From assembly GCA_031835245.2 (NCBI GenBank), contig JAVKOQ020000053.1, forward strand, positions 62,001 to 126,000: a stretch of DNA of 64,000 bases, in the 5' to 3' direction. Of this stretch, positions 1-12,933 are shown piece after piece; position 1 is the first letter of the stretch, and each line of letters begins with the position of its first letter. The notes beneath the pieces are model-generated. The model saw nothing but the letters and a program-made list of their open reading frames with translations. It had not been told where the DNA came from and did not search any database. A program made the position numbers and the translations under genes. The DNA is from Balamuthia mandrillaris (lineage: Eukaryota).

Positions 1-3000
1 AGACCATCACTTTGTGCCATAGAATCATAGAACTCATTGAAAGGGGGAACGTAGACCCCAAAACCATACTTGCCATTACCTTCACACGTAAAGCGGCTGA
101 GGAGATGAAGGAGAGACTCCATCGCGTCCTCAACGAGAGCAGTTCTCGGTGGAAGAGCAGTCACGTCACCGTCACCAACTTTCACAGCTTTTGTTTGAAG
201 GTGTTGCGACGTTATGCCAACAAAATGCAAGCAATGGGAGGAGCAGGAAGAGGTGAGAGAGGTGCAAGCGAGAAGGGCCATGGCTCCTTCATAGCACAGC
301 TGGAACGAACCGCGGATACCAACTTTGATATCGTGAGCGGAAAGCAGCAGTTTGTTATCATGAGAGAGTGCGTCAAGGAATGGTTTTTGGAGAAAAAACG
401 GCAGAGCAAAGAAAAGGAGACAGAAGATGAAAGTGGAGAACAGGCGGAGCAAAGAGGGAAAGCGGAGGCGAAAGGACAGGAAGAAGAGTCGGCAATTCGA
501 AAGTGTGCCCGTTATTTTGTAGCTTTTGTAGGGAAGAGCAAAGCAAACCTCTCGATCCTCGCTGATGATGACGAAGCTAGTATGGCAATATCTACGAGCT
601 TGCTGCAGTCCTTTACAGAAAATGAAGGCAAGTCTTTGAATGAGCAACAGCTGATGTGTGGAGAAAGGTATGTTTTAACACGATGCATATGTTCTGTGGC
701 AAAGTTCTTACTATTGCATAACACTATCAACCACAACAAGCATGGCACAATGGGATGAGATGCACAAATTCGTGTATCGCCAGTACAACAAGAAATTGCG
801 AGAACGTAATGCCATTGACTTTCCTGGTATTGTTCCTACTTTGTGCTTTTCTCTTGGTAGCCATTGCACTAACGTCAAGGAACAAAGATATGCTTAGAGA
901 AGTCGTTCGCCTCTTTGTCGCGCGCCCGAATATATTGCTACAGTACCAAAAGTTGTTTGCCGTCGTGCTTGTTGACGAATTTCAAGACACCTCTTTCATT
1001 CAATGGGAGCTTATTCGTCTGCTCACCGCTGGAACACGACAATTGACCGTCATTGGAGACCCTGATCAGGTTATTATAACGAATTGTTTTGCTGCTCGCA
1101 GGGTGCTGACGACTGCTTTGCTCGCAAGACAATTTATAGTTTCAGAGGTACAGACTTTCACAATTGGAAACGGTTTGATACAGTCTTTGGGAATAGAGTC
1201 CTGCGAATCAACCTTGAGCAAAACTATAGATGTTCTAAGAATGTGCGTAGAATGTTGTCTGTAAGCTCTGTATTTCTCTCTTTTAACTTGAATGATTTTG
1301 TGTTGCATTAAGATCCTCTCTGTCGCTCAGCGATTGATACAACACAACTCGTATGAAGAGGCCACATCAGAACCGCATATGAAAGAAGAGGTGGGCATGC
1401 GAAAGTTTCTCTGGACAGCCAATGCAACGGGTGAACCTGTGCATATTTTGGCCTGCTCTTTGGCAAGTAAGGAGATAAGTCAAGTGGTGGATATGATCCA
1501 GCAACAGAAGAAAGAGGGTAATTACAGTTACGGTGACATGGCGGTGCTTTTCAGGAATTATGCTTGCATTGCTTCACCTTATGCAGTGGATGATAAATCT
1601 CAACGCTTTGGAGTTCAGGCCTTTGTGGAAGAGCTAAAGAGGAGAGGAATACCCTACGAACTGCTTGGCAAAGGTCGAGGGGGTTATCGCAGAGAAACAA
1701 AAACAAAAGTCAATGGAGATTCACAACACGTCACATTTGTTTGGAATAGAGGCCAAGACAAACAGTGGCGAGAGAGTCCTGAGGTTCAGTTTGTTTTGGC
1801 GCATTTGAAGTTAATCGCTAATCCTAACGACGATGGTTCCTTCCGCACTGTGTTCGATGTGCATGTTTCCAACTTTGCCACTGGTAACATTCAACTGTTT
1901 TCCTTTACTTCTTATTTCTCATTCTTGATATTTTAGTCGATAAAAGGAATGTTTTGGAGGAACTTGAAGCCATTGCGAACCGTGATGGTCTCTCGTTGTT
2001 GTCTGCAGCCAATCAAATGGTACAAGAAAGAAGAGGACGGCAGAGTGGCTGCGGACGGTCCCTTACCAACCTGTCGCGGCTATTTGCTAAGTTGGAACGG
2101 GAAATCAAAAAGAATGCAACGGAAGCGAATTGGGTACAACAACAAAAATGGGCAAGAAAGGAACGGCTGCAACGTCGGGATTTGAATAATGAGTTCTCTC
2201 AAAGCTTGCAGAAACAAAAGGAAAGAATGGATAGAAGACGGATGTTGAGTCTCGCTGAATTTGTGAAGAATGTGATAAATCGCAGCCAGTATATTTCGTA
2301 TGAATGGAGAGAAATGGACAACGACGTACATACCAACAAACGGAAAGATGAAGAAGAACAAAACACAGAATTCGGAGATTCAGACCAGGAAGACGAATTC
2401 TACGCTCAAATCATAGAAGACTTTGAATGCAGCAACGATGAAGACAGCCAACTGTTGTTCGAGGATGATTTCAACGATGAACAGAGCGAAAGCTATCCAT
2501 CTACTCCGGCTCTTATCAAACCTGCAACAAATAATGAATTGATATGCATGAACAGAGTACAAAGGTTAGAGAAAGAAGCGGCTCAGTTTGAAAATGAAGC
2601 ATACGCCTTATATAGCAATAGTGAAAGTCAAGATAGCGACGCCAGCGATGAAGAAAGCATTGGAGATGATGAAGATGAATGTGAAACCCCAAACTCTGCA
2701 GAGCAAGAAGAAGAAGTGATCCGCAACGTGGTGGAGGGCGACTTTTTGGTAGAATTGTTAAAGACTTTTCTGCGGCGACTGGATAGTGGTCCTTCAGCTT
2801 CAAGCACTGACAAGCGGGACATTCTTACTATTAGCACTATTCACAGGGCCAAAGGACTGGAGGTACTCTCATTATTCTTTGCTTTCTGTATGTTCTTGGT
2901 GTTGTGCTTGTGTTGGTTCTTCTTTTTCATGTTCTTGTTCTTCTTGTTCTTGTTCTTCCTGCTGTTTTCTTGTTCTTCTTTTTCTTGTTCTTGTTCTTCT

Positions 3001-3507
3001 TCTGGTTCTTCTCCTTCTTCTTCTTCTTCTTCTTCTTCTTCTTCTTCTTCTTCTTCTTCTTCTTCTTCCTGCTGTTCTTCTCCTTCTCCTCTGACAATTA
3101 TCCAAAAAAAAGTGGGACGCCGTATTTTTGGTGCAACTAAATGAGGGAGTGCTTCCTTCTATGTATGCGCAGGAGCCAAATAGCCTCCAAGAAGAACGAC
3201 GACTCTGCTTCGTAGCGTTGACCAGAGCCAGGCGCTTCCTCTGTCTTAGTTTCGTAATAGGAGAGACAGCTCTTAGGGGATTCACTCCTCGAATGGACCT
3301 TTCTTCCTTCCTTCCATCCGCAATTACCGTTGGCGTTTCCAGGTTCTTAACGGAGATGCCTGGCCAACTGCTCGTGATGGCTTCCTCTTCCTCTTCCTCC
3401 TCTTCTTCCTCTTCCTCTTCCTCTTCCTCTTCCTCTTCCTCTTCCTCTTCCTCTTCCTCTTCCTCTTCCTCTTCCTCTTCCTCTTCCTCTTCTCTTCCTC
3501 TTCCTCT

Positions 3508-3538
<31 letters not shown>

Positions 3539-4117
3539 TCTCTTTCCTCTTCTTGTTCTTGTTCTTCTTCTTCTTCTTCTTCTTCTTCCTCTTTCTCTTC
3601 TTCTTCTTCTTCTCTTTCTTCTTCTTCTTTATCATCCTTCTCTTCTCCTTCTTTATCCTCAAACTCGTTTGTGGATGCCTCTCAATTGAAAATGGGACTT
3701 TCAACTCCAACAACAACAAGAAGAAGACTTATTCATGCAAAGAAGAGAAACAAAAGAGACGTCTTGGAAGATGAAAACGAAGATGAGGAACAACAAGAAG
3801 AATTGACAGTAACGCCAAGGAGTCCGCCCTCCTCAGGAAGGAGAACTCCCAAGCTTGTCGGTTTGCGGCGAAGGAACAGCAATACCCCTGTTCGCATCAA
3901 CTACGGAACCACGCATACTTCTAACAACACTCGGACGGAGAGGACGGAATCCAGTGATGACGAACAGGAACAAGAAACCGCTGAGAGTACGCCCTCACGA
4001 CCCTCTCGCACTGCGCCTGCCTTGCCGTTCGTAGTGCGTGGCCTGAAACGACGACGTTTGTTTGGTTCTGCAAAAACCAATTCTTCTGCTTCTTCCGATA
4101 AACCCACGACGCAGTGA
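1..4117 (+). CDS. UvrD/PcrA/Srs2-like SF1 DNA helicase, multi-exon, 5' end outside the window
   Basis: SF1A motifs in order across exons: ILAITFTRKAAEEMKERL, NFHSFC, VLVDEFQDTS, VIGDPDQ|TIYSFRG, LEQNYR, AVLFRN, ISTIHRAKGLE|W, EERRLCFVALTRAR. Low-complexity Ser-rich C-terminus; stop TGA ends at 4117. Confidence 0.9.
3382..3660 (+). repeat. (TCTTCC)n/(TCT)n pyrimidine microsatellite, in frame as poly-Ser/(LP)n in the helicase C-terminus
   Basis: Visible tandem hexamer/trimer array; ORF 3128..4117 reads through it without a stop. Confidence 0.9.
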
Positions 4118-4445
4118 TATTTTTCTTTGTTGTCTCATTTGTGTCTTGTTTGTTTAAGCTTGGGAGCGTCTCTTGTTCTAGGCAGCTGGGGCAACAATAC
4201 TAAGCCGACGAGATGCATCACTGCCCATCGCAGCAGCCCTGTTTTTGTTTGGACTACATTTGCTCTCCCGCTTACTTCCCTTACTCCCCCATTTACTCTT
4301 GCTTGTGCAGCAAAAAGGCGGGAAAATATTTCCGTCACGACGTCATGAGCCGCAAGAAAAGGCGAAGAAAAAGCGGAAGACCCAAAAACAACGGAAAAAA
4401 CAACAAAGAAAACAAACCAAAAGGGAGGAGAGGGAGGAGGGAGGG

Positions 4446-6381
4446 ATGTCGAACAGGAATGGGGCACCGCCGCCAGAGGCGGCCGCTACGGAAAACGAGG
4501 AGCAGATGATACTGCGAGTGCCTCTGCACATCGCAGAGGAGCTACGACAAATGATCCGCGGCGCCTCCAAAGGAAAGAAGAAGCAGTTTGACAAACGAGT
4601 AGCGTTCGCTTTTGATAGTCCGTGGCAAACGATTTGATTGATTTCTCTTTTGAATTATCATTTTTTTTTTGGACTAATGTTTTTTTTTTTTGCTCAACCA
4701 TTTTTTTTGAAACAGCAACACCAACGGGTACTGCCACGTTTGCCTTTGGAGACAAGAAGTACCAAGCCTCTCTTGTAAACTTGCCCTGTGTCACAGAGTC
4801 ATTGAAGACCAATGACTCTAGCAACTACTACAAGTCAGCTGACATAGGCCAAGTCAGTTATCTCCTTTTCTTCTTCTCTTTCTCTCCTCCCTTTCTCTTT
4901 CTCTCTTTTCTCCTCTCGTGTTCTTTCTAATGGTATTGTTTGTTAGATGTTGATGGTGCATGACATGGAGAAGGGCAAAGCACCGACTAAACGTGCCAAA
5001 ACGGATGAAAAGGGCACCCTTCCTAGTGGCATTGTGCCCGCCTTCAGAAACATACAAAAGATGTGGCGGAAGCCTTATCCAAATGTTTGTCTCCTCCCTT
5101 TCTCCTTCCTCGTAGTTCAACTCTCAAACAAGCCAACAAAATGCACAAATGATACAGAAAAAAGAGTTGCAAGAGGTAGAAGCGGAATACATCAGAGTCA
5201 AAGGAGGCACTGTTGATAATTTGGAGGAGATAGAAGAGGTGGAGGCGGAAGAAGTGGACGGAGAACTAAGAGAAGTGGAAATTGCACCAGAGCCAGAAGA
5301 GAAGTCAAAGAGGAAACACAAACCAAGGGCCAAAAAGGAGAAGAAAGACAGCACAACAGACGAAGAAGGAACGAAGAAAACAAAGAGAAAGCGGAAGGAG
5401 AAGAAAGAAAAACGAGAAAAGAAAGAACGAAAAACGAAGCGAAGGCGCAAGTCCAAAGGCGAAGACACAAACGCAGCAAAACCAAAGGAAGAGACAAGGA
5501 CAACTGCTTTGCCTGCTGCTTCTTCTAACGAGCTTGACGAATTGGAAATGAGCCTCATGAGTGAACTCGAAGAAGGGATGAAAACACCAAAGGTAGAAGA
5601 AATTGAACCTACTATCTCAAGTCCCCATCCACAACCTCCAACAACTATCACTTCTCCTTCTGTTCCTGCTCGTTCTCCTGTTCCTTCTCCTCTTCCTCCT
5701 ACGGCTGCCATTTCAACCCCTCCCCTTCCAGCTCCATCAACCCCAACTCCTCCTCCACTGCAAACAACTACTATACCGTTAGAGCCTGTGTCTGTTCGTA
5801 CTTCTCTTCCTTCTCCTCTGTCTACCATCCCCAAAACTCCCCCAGTAGCCACTCCTCCAACCACACCCCAACCCGCTTCTTCATCGTTAGAAAAAGCGCC
5901 CTCTCCTTCTCTCCTTCCTGTAGAACCAACGCCACCAATGCCTTCCCCAATGGTTGCTTCTCCTCCAACAGCAACAACAGCCACTACCATAACTGCTTCA
6001 ACTCCTGTTGCCGCTACTCCTATTTTAGACGCTCCATCTTCACCAACTGATGCACGATACTTGGAACTAAAAGCCAATCGCGGAAGATTGCTCGCTGAGG
6101 TCGAAACTCTCAACGTCAACATCAAAAACAGAAGGACCAACATTCAAACAGCCTCCAATCCTATTGTCAAGGTCTTTTCTCATTCTTTTCTCTCGTTCTC
6201 TCTTTTCACTTGTCTTGTTCTCTCACTCTCTCTCTCTCTTCTTTCTCATTTTATTTTTTGGGTCCTGGCACAGAGTCGCTTCGAGAAACAAGTTCAACGC
6301 ATGGAAGAACAGCTCAAGGCCAAAGAAAGCAGCCTTCAAGCTGTGGAGGAAGAGCTTGCCAACCTCAAACAAGCGACCTAG
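4446..6381 (+). CDS. TAF7: TFIID subunit 7 (TAFII55 N-terminal domain), multi-exon, with Pro/Thr-rich linker and C-terminal coiled coil
   Basis: EEQMILRVP...ELRQMI, YQASLVNLPCVTESLKTNDSSNYYKSADIGQ|MLMV and LPSGIVPAFRNIQKMWRK match the TAF7 N-terminal signature (LVDLPCIIESxKT...YKxADISQML; PHGITPPLKNVRKRRFRK). Confidence 0.85.
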
Positions 6382-6696
6382 ATGGAAGCCTTTTGCCAGT
6401 AAGCCTGTTTCTTTGGTTTTTTGTCGCATAAAAGAGAGAAAGAAAATTACCGAAAAAAACCGGCCGCGACCACGTTAAGATTTCTGATTGGTTTGTTAGT
6501 CGATCTTCGATGGGTTATATGAATTTCAACTGGTCCGATCAATATTTAATTAACCTTTTCTTTTTAAATTATAAAATTAATACATGAACGTGAGCATGAA
6601 CACCAGTTAATCCTCCTCGGAAGAGAGAACCCGCTCTTGTATTGCCAATTTGAAATTCTCTCTTGTTTTTTATTTTTGCCAAGCAACAACCAAACA

Positions 6697-7623
6697 ATGG
6701 CAGCGACAGCAACGGCAGAGGATACCGACCGCAAAAGGAAGACGTTCAACGACGTGAAGGACCCCAACTATGCGCACATTCGCGTGCTGATGCAACGGCC
6801 CTTCGTAGCATGGCCCACCGTGCTTTTGTTCTGCTTCCTCTTGTGCCTGTGGCTGTTCTCCGTAGCCTTAGGGACCGGTGCTCTGGAGCTTTTCCTTCGT
6901 CAAAACAACTATGTTGCTTCCGATGGCAACCACTATGCGTTTGCGCGTAATATTCTTTCTTCTTCCGAAGAAGAAACAAAGTCATGGCTTTCTCTGTTGA
7001 GTCCCGAAGGGGAGCGAAGCATGACGGGAGGGGTTGTTCAGCCACAACCTTCGTGGAAGCTGACGGTGCTCTGTTTGATCCTTTCCTCGGTGGCCTCCTT
7101 CGGAATGTTCACTGTGCTTCACGACTCTGCTCATCGTTCGGTCTCTCAAGTTCGTTTCTTGAACGATCTGTTCGGTATGTTCTTCTTGGGCGTCTTCATC
7201 ATCTCCTTGTTCTTCTTCTTTTGCTTTTGTTTCTTATTCAAATATATAGGAAGTTTAAGTATGATGTTTTTGGGGCCGTTTGTGAGCTTTGATGCATTTC
7301 GGTGGGTTCACTTGAGGCACCACAAGTACACCAACGACCCACAAAAGGACCCTGATATGTGGGCCAGTCGTGGCTCGTATGTACCCTCTCTTGTCTTTTC
7401 TCTTTTTTCTTTCTACTAGCTTTCATTCCTCCCTTTGTGTGTTATAAGATATAACCAAATGAGCAAAATAGGGGCGCCTTGGCTGGAGTTGTGCTTCCCT
7501 TGAAATGGGCTTCTCCGGAGATCCATTACTACTACTCCTACCTTCCCATTCTGTTCACTCAACGCCCCAAAAGCGAAATTGTTTGTGCTTCTCTCTCTCT
7601 CTCTCTCCTCCTTTATTTGTCTC

Positions 7624-7655
<32 letters not shown>

Positions 7656-8272
7656 GCTTTTCCTTCCTTCTCTTCATTCTTCACTTCCTTTGTTCTCTCT
7701 TCTCTCTCTTTTAGCTATTCGCATTTGTTTTATAATACGAATGGTTCAGTTAACCACTGTAGGAACTATCTTTGCGTTGGTGAGCATGACGGTAACGCTG
7801 AGTTCCATGGGCTACTTCAGCCCGCTCTTCCAGTTCTGGATTTTGCCCTCTCGCATCGCCATCTTCTTTCTGGCTTTCAGCTTCGACTATCTGCCCCATC
7901 AACCGCACTCCGTCACCAACGATGAGGACCGTTTCAGAACCACCTTTTACCTGTCTTCCGCTGGCTTGATACGCCCTTTCTTGTCTCTCGTTATGCTTTA
8001 TCAGGTTTTTCCTTCTGCTCCTCTCTTCTTCTCTTCTCCTCTCCTCTCCGCGCTTTCTAACAGGGTGTTTCCACACAAAACAGAACTATCATGTGATACA
8101 CCACTTGTACCCGTTGGTACCGTTCTATCGTTACAAGCAGATGTGGCATTACAAGAAGGACTCCCTCATTTACGACAAGGACGTACCGTTCCGTCGTCTC
8201 TTCCGCCTCTTTGGCGAAGAGGATCTCTCTGACCGTCGTCAAGCTTCTTCTCGCAAAGAGAAGAGCTCTTAA
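6697..8272 (+). CDS. Membrane fatty-acid-desaturase-superfamily enzyme, CrtR/beta-carotene hydroxylase-like, multi-exon
   Basis: His boxes HDSAH, HLRHH, FDYLPHQPH and Q|NYHVIHHLYP; hydrophobic segments; C-terminal KEKSS (KxKxx ER-retrieval-like); TAA at 8270-8272. Confidence 0.8.
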
Positions 8273-8445
8273 AAGAAGGAAAAAAAAGAGAACCGAAATG
8301 TACTTTTGCCTTTGTTGTTATATCTTTCTTTGCCCAATACACTTCACATAATGCTAGAAAGAAAAGAAAGAAAGGAAATGGTTTTACACAAAAAAGTTTA
8401 CAGACATTTAGAACAAAAGAAAGAAAGCAGCAACAAAAAAAAGGT

Positions 8446-8807
8446 CTACCGTCTAAGTAAGTCCTGTCGCACGAAACCATCCTCGTAGATCTTGTGGTTG
8501 GTGAGGAGGCCGTACTCATCCCAATACTTGCACTCTCCATGGAGCTTGCCATCTTTGTAGTTCTCAATACACTTAATGCACTGCTGGTCTCCTCCTTTCT
8601 TGTACCAACTCGTCTTTTCGCCGTGCTTCTTGCCGTTGTGATACTGACGCTTGGTGGACATGTTGCCGTTGGCGAACCACCAGATGCCCTCTCCCTCCTT
8701 CTTACCGTTATGGTGATGCGTCAGGGAGAAGAGCTTTCCTCCCAAATGCCATTCTTGCCTCGGGCCTTCTAACTTGCCTGTTTTTATTGTTTTGTTTGAG
8801 TAAACAC

Positions 8808-8852
<45 letters not shown>

Positions 8853-9608
8853 ACGACGAAAGAGAAACGACGAAAGAGAAACGACGAAAGAGAAACGACG
8901 AAAGAGAAACGACGAAAGAGAAACGACGAAAGAGAAAGAGAAAAGACGAAAGAGAAAGAGAAACGACGAAAGAGAAAAGAGAGGGCGAGGAGAGAACAAA
9001 ATAATACCATCAACATATTGCTCATGAAAGTCAATCTGTCCGCTCTTCATCCACCGCTTGACGTCGCCGTGGTACTTGCCCTCCTTGTAGGTGACCAGCG
9101 ACAAGGGCTTGCCGTCCTCAAAGTACTCCTTAGACTCGCCGTGCCGCTTGCCCTCCACCCAGTTGATCTCATAGCCGAGGTGCCCGTTGTGGTGCCACCA
9201 CTTCTCCTTGCCGTGCAGCAGCCCCTCCTTGTAGTGCCGCTTGCTCCAGCGCTGCCCGTTGGGCCACCACTCTTGGTACTCGCCATGCTTCTGGCCGGTC
9301 CGTTTGTTGAAGGAGCACTTGTACCAGACCTTGCGCAGGCCGCCGTCGTCGGAGGGGTCGTCGGAGGGGCCGGGGGTGTAGTACTTGGTCTCCACGACCA
9401 GCTCGATGAGCTGCCCGTCGGCCTCACGAATGGAGGCCTCCTCGTGAGTTACGCTGTCGTCGACCTCGCCGTCGCCATGGGTGGCTGTATTGGACGCGAG
9501 GGACGAGGTTGGCTCCTCGTCCATGGGTTCTTTGGGCTGATGGTCGGCGGAAGGGGCGCTGTCCTCTTCCTCTGGGGACCTATTCCGTGGAGCGCGTGGC
9601 GCTTGCAT
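8446..9608 (-). CDS. MORN-variant (MORN_2/YwqK-like) repeat protein, 2 exons (9608..9008, 8777..8446)
   Basis: Repeated YxxGxxHGxxxxWxxNG units (KHGEYQEWWPNGQ, YKEGLLHGKEKWWHHNG, YKDGKLHGECKYW). GT..AG intron 9007..8778 joins the exons in frame (YVDG|KLEG). Confidence 0.8.
8844..8976. repeat. 14-bp minisatellite GAAAGAGAAACGAC, 6 perfect copies plus degenerate copies, next to (GA)n, inside the MORN gene intron
   Basis: Perfect units start at 8844, 8858, 8872, 8886, 8900 and 8914; no spacers. Confidence 0.95.
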
Positions 9609-10410
9609 CTCTTCTCTCCCTTCTTTCGTTTTTGCCCAAATCCCTTTTTTTCTTTTCTTTCGCTGCACCGCTCTCAATGCTATTCGATGCGCGGCAACGA
9701 CTGTCCATCCTCAGTTCCATATCCACCCCCATACCCTTCGGCGGACATGCACTGCCAGCCCCAACAGCTCCCCCCGTGGTGTGCGCCCGCCGGAGGCTTG
9801 TCGGCAATAATTCCCGCCTCCCACATGCCCGCTCCCCCTCAAGCAATATATCTATAACCCCCCAATCAATAAAATAAATAACTCACAATCAATACATAAA
9901 TATCAGCACTCTACAGAGCCAGTTTACGAGAAGAGAAGAAAAAAACACACAACCTTTCATTCAAGTTGGCGCTTCTTGCTTCTTCTTCTTGCTTCTTCTA
10001 CTTTTATTATTATTATTAATATTTTTTAGTTTTGTTTCATATTTTGGTTCGGTGGGTACCCTTTCTGCCCCATCTTCTTCCTTCCTCTTCTCTTGTTTTT
10101 TTTTATTGATTTGCCCTTCCTCCACAATACAAAAAAAAAAGGGACTCTCAAAAGAAACCTCTCTTAGTGCTTAGCATCTGCTCGTGAGGGCAAATAGATT
10201 GTTTGCATCGGTTGGTATGTTCCTCTGTCTCTCTGTTTTTTTTAAAACTGTCTCTCTCTCTCTCTCTCACTCTCACACATAACTGACCATTTTATTGTCC
10301 TCTTCCTTGGCACAGAGCGGAGATTAAAAACAAGAGAGACACACAAAAAAGACCATCCCTCCACCCAAACTCTCTCTCTCTGCTCTTTCCAAACGCTGAG
10401 AGAAAAGGCA

Positions 10411-10652
10411 ATGTCTTCTCCTGCTCCCTCTTCTTCGGGAGGTGCGGACCAATCGAAACAGCCTCAGCCTCAATCTACGGACTTGAGCAAGGAAGATCGA
10501 CTCTCTTCTCCCGCCTTTTCTCCTGCCACCATTCCTGCTTCTCTTCCCTCCCCTTCAGCCTCCGCTGGCAGAAAACGAAAGAGAGAAGACAAAGAGAAAG
10601 GCAAAGAGCACGCGGAGAGTAAAGCTGATGAGAAAGAGGAAGCCGAGGAAGC

Positions 10653-10683
<31 letters not shown>

Positions 10684-12893
10684 CAGGATGACGTAGGCTC
10701 GTTTCTCCCTTCCACAACCTCTAACAAAAGAGCAAAGGTATCGTAAGACTTTTTTTTTGAGGTTATTGTTGGGGCGCTCTGTTGGCACATATGCTCATTA
10801 TAGGTTTTTTCCTCTCCTACCCATTGCTTTCTTTTCAGTCGGAGGATGGCGAGTCTTCAACCATGGGAACACAGTTGCCTCAATCGCTTGCGTTATATAC
10901 CACTCAAATACTTCAAGGTCTCTTCTTTACTTCCCTTCTCTCTCTTTCTCGCTCTCTCTTCTTCTCTTTTCCCTGCTTGTCTGCTTCTGTCTCTTGCCTT
11001 GTTCTCTTGTTCTTGCTCTTTGACACTCGCTCACTGCAAACGATAACAACAAATGAAATAAAGGAATAAGAAAACCACTCGCAGAACTTAGCACCTCTCT
11101 TCGCACTAGTGGCAATGCTCTGGATGCAATGGTATCAGTGCTGGCTGGTCATTCCACCCCTGCTGTTCAAAGTGACTCCTCTGTCTCATCCACTTCTGTG
11201 ACGTCTGTGTGGGGCAAGTTGATGTCTCAATGCCCTGAGGTTGGTCCTTTCTTTTTCAGTTTCTGTTTTGTCCTTTCTATAAAGTTTTATTTTTATTTAT
11301 TTATTTTGCTTTGTTTGTTTGTTTGCTTGTTTTGTTTTGTTTTTGCTTGTTCTGTTTTGTTTTTTTGTTTTTTGCTCTCCCTTTTGTTTAAACTTCTTTC
11401 CTGTTTTTTCAGCCGCACGCAAGTATAAGCATGAGCGGGGCTTGCTTCACAGTTGGAGGCAGTTCTCGTTGCGACGTTACGCTGTTGGATAGCGCCCTCA
11501 GTAGTGGTGTCGTTTGCAAAATATATGCTCCTGTACGTCCCTACTCTTTCTCTCCTGCTCACTTCAGCACTGACTACAACATCTCACCTTTCTCTGGTGG
11601 TAATCAAAAGGCTGCTGTCGGAGGTCATGTTTATTTGGAAGGTCACACTAGCAGACCAATCCTCTATGTCAATGGCAAAAATATAAAGAAAGGACAACGC
11701 CAGCGCATCAAAACAGGCGACGAGATTGAAATTATAACCATGGAAACATACTCCTTTGTACGCCTCTCGTTCTTGACTTCATTTTCGCCTTTCTCTTCGA
11801 CTCTAAATTGTCTTTTCATCATTTTTGAACTAGTTGGTGGTTAACTCCTTTTTCTTCTTTCTTTAGAAATTCTTGAAACTCCGACCAAACCATCAACAGC
11901 CTCTGTCTGCTCCGTCTTCTAGCATAACCACCGATGCGAAGCAGTTTGTGGTTCCCTTATCGCTATCGTCTGCCCCAAAGGATAATACCAAAGGCGAAGG
12001 ACGAGCCCATTCCCAGCGAAGGAGTGGTAGTGCAATCACTTCGTTCCCCCTCTTTCCTGGGCAAAGACGTTCGCGGCTGAAGAAGAAAGCGTCCTCGTCA
12101 CACCCCGCTGCAGATACACCTTCTACCGAAGCCTCCTCTAGTTCCTCCTCTTCTTCCGCTACCTCCTCTGCTACTACGGCTGCCGGTAGTAACAGCAACA
12201 GTAGTAGCAGATTGGCATCCGTGTTTGGTGGAGACCAACTTCCAACACCGGATATGCTCTCTATCCCATATTTGTTTATGGTGAGAGGTCCTTCTGGTAG
12301 CTCTATGACTGGACCTTCATTCCCTAGACTTGGGTTTGTCTCCCCTCCCCCTCCCTCGCTCCCTCCCTCCCGCTCATATTCAGTAAATACAGAAGCAGAC
12401 GGAGAGCTCGCGAGAGTTTTGCGAAGCTGTTCCCTTTTGGTTCATTGGCTTCTACAGAGCCAAGTAGCGTTCTGCGTATGCCTGGTTCTGGAATGGGTCA
12501 TGCCTCATTTGGTTCCATCAGTCCTTCGTCTTCCTCCTCCTCCTCCTCATCTTCTTCTTCTTCATCATCCACTTCTATTTCTTCTTCCGACGCATCTTCC
12601 TCATCCTCGCATTCCACTGTTGATACCGATAAACAACACAAGCAAGCTGTGAAAAACGAGCTAGAAAGTTCTTTGTTTACGTGGGAATCCATTGATACGT
12701 CATTCGATACTGCGTTGAATTTTTCCTTGCTATTTTCTCTTTTTTTACGAATACATTTTCATGCAACACAGGAATAGCCTCAAGCAACAATTAATCGATA
12801 CTACGTCTGTATATTTGAAAATGCCTCAATTTCTGAAATATACCACCAACATATCTACACTGAACCGGAGAATGCTGCTGTCGGGCATTCCTG

Positions 12894-12933
<40 letters not shown>

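Noticed and set aside
2786..3774. Poly-Leu/Phe/Arg/Lys ORFs in alternative frames
   Set aside because: By-products of (TCT)n and (TCTTCC)n microsatellites.
8844..8976. 14-bp repeats as CRISPR or a coding repeat
   Set aside because: No spacers, and the array lies inside an intron whose removal restores the MORN frame.
9018..9857. 279-aa + strand ORF
   Set aside because: Mostly antisense to the GC-rich MORN exon; Val/Leu/Ala-rich mirror composition.
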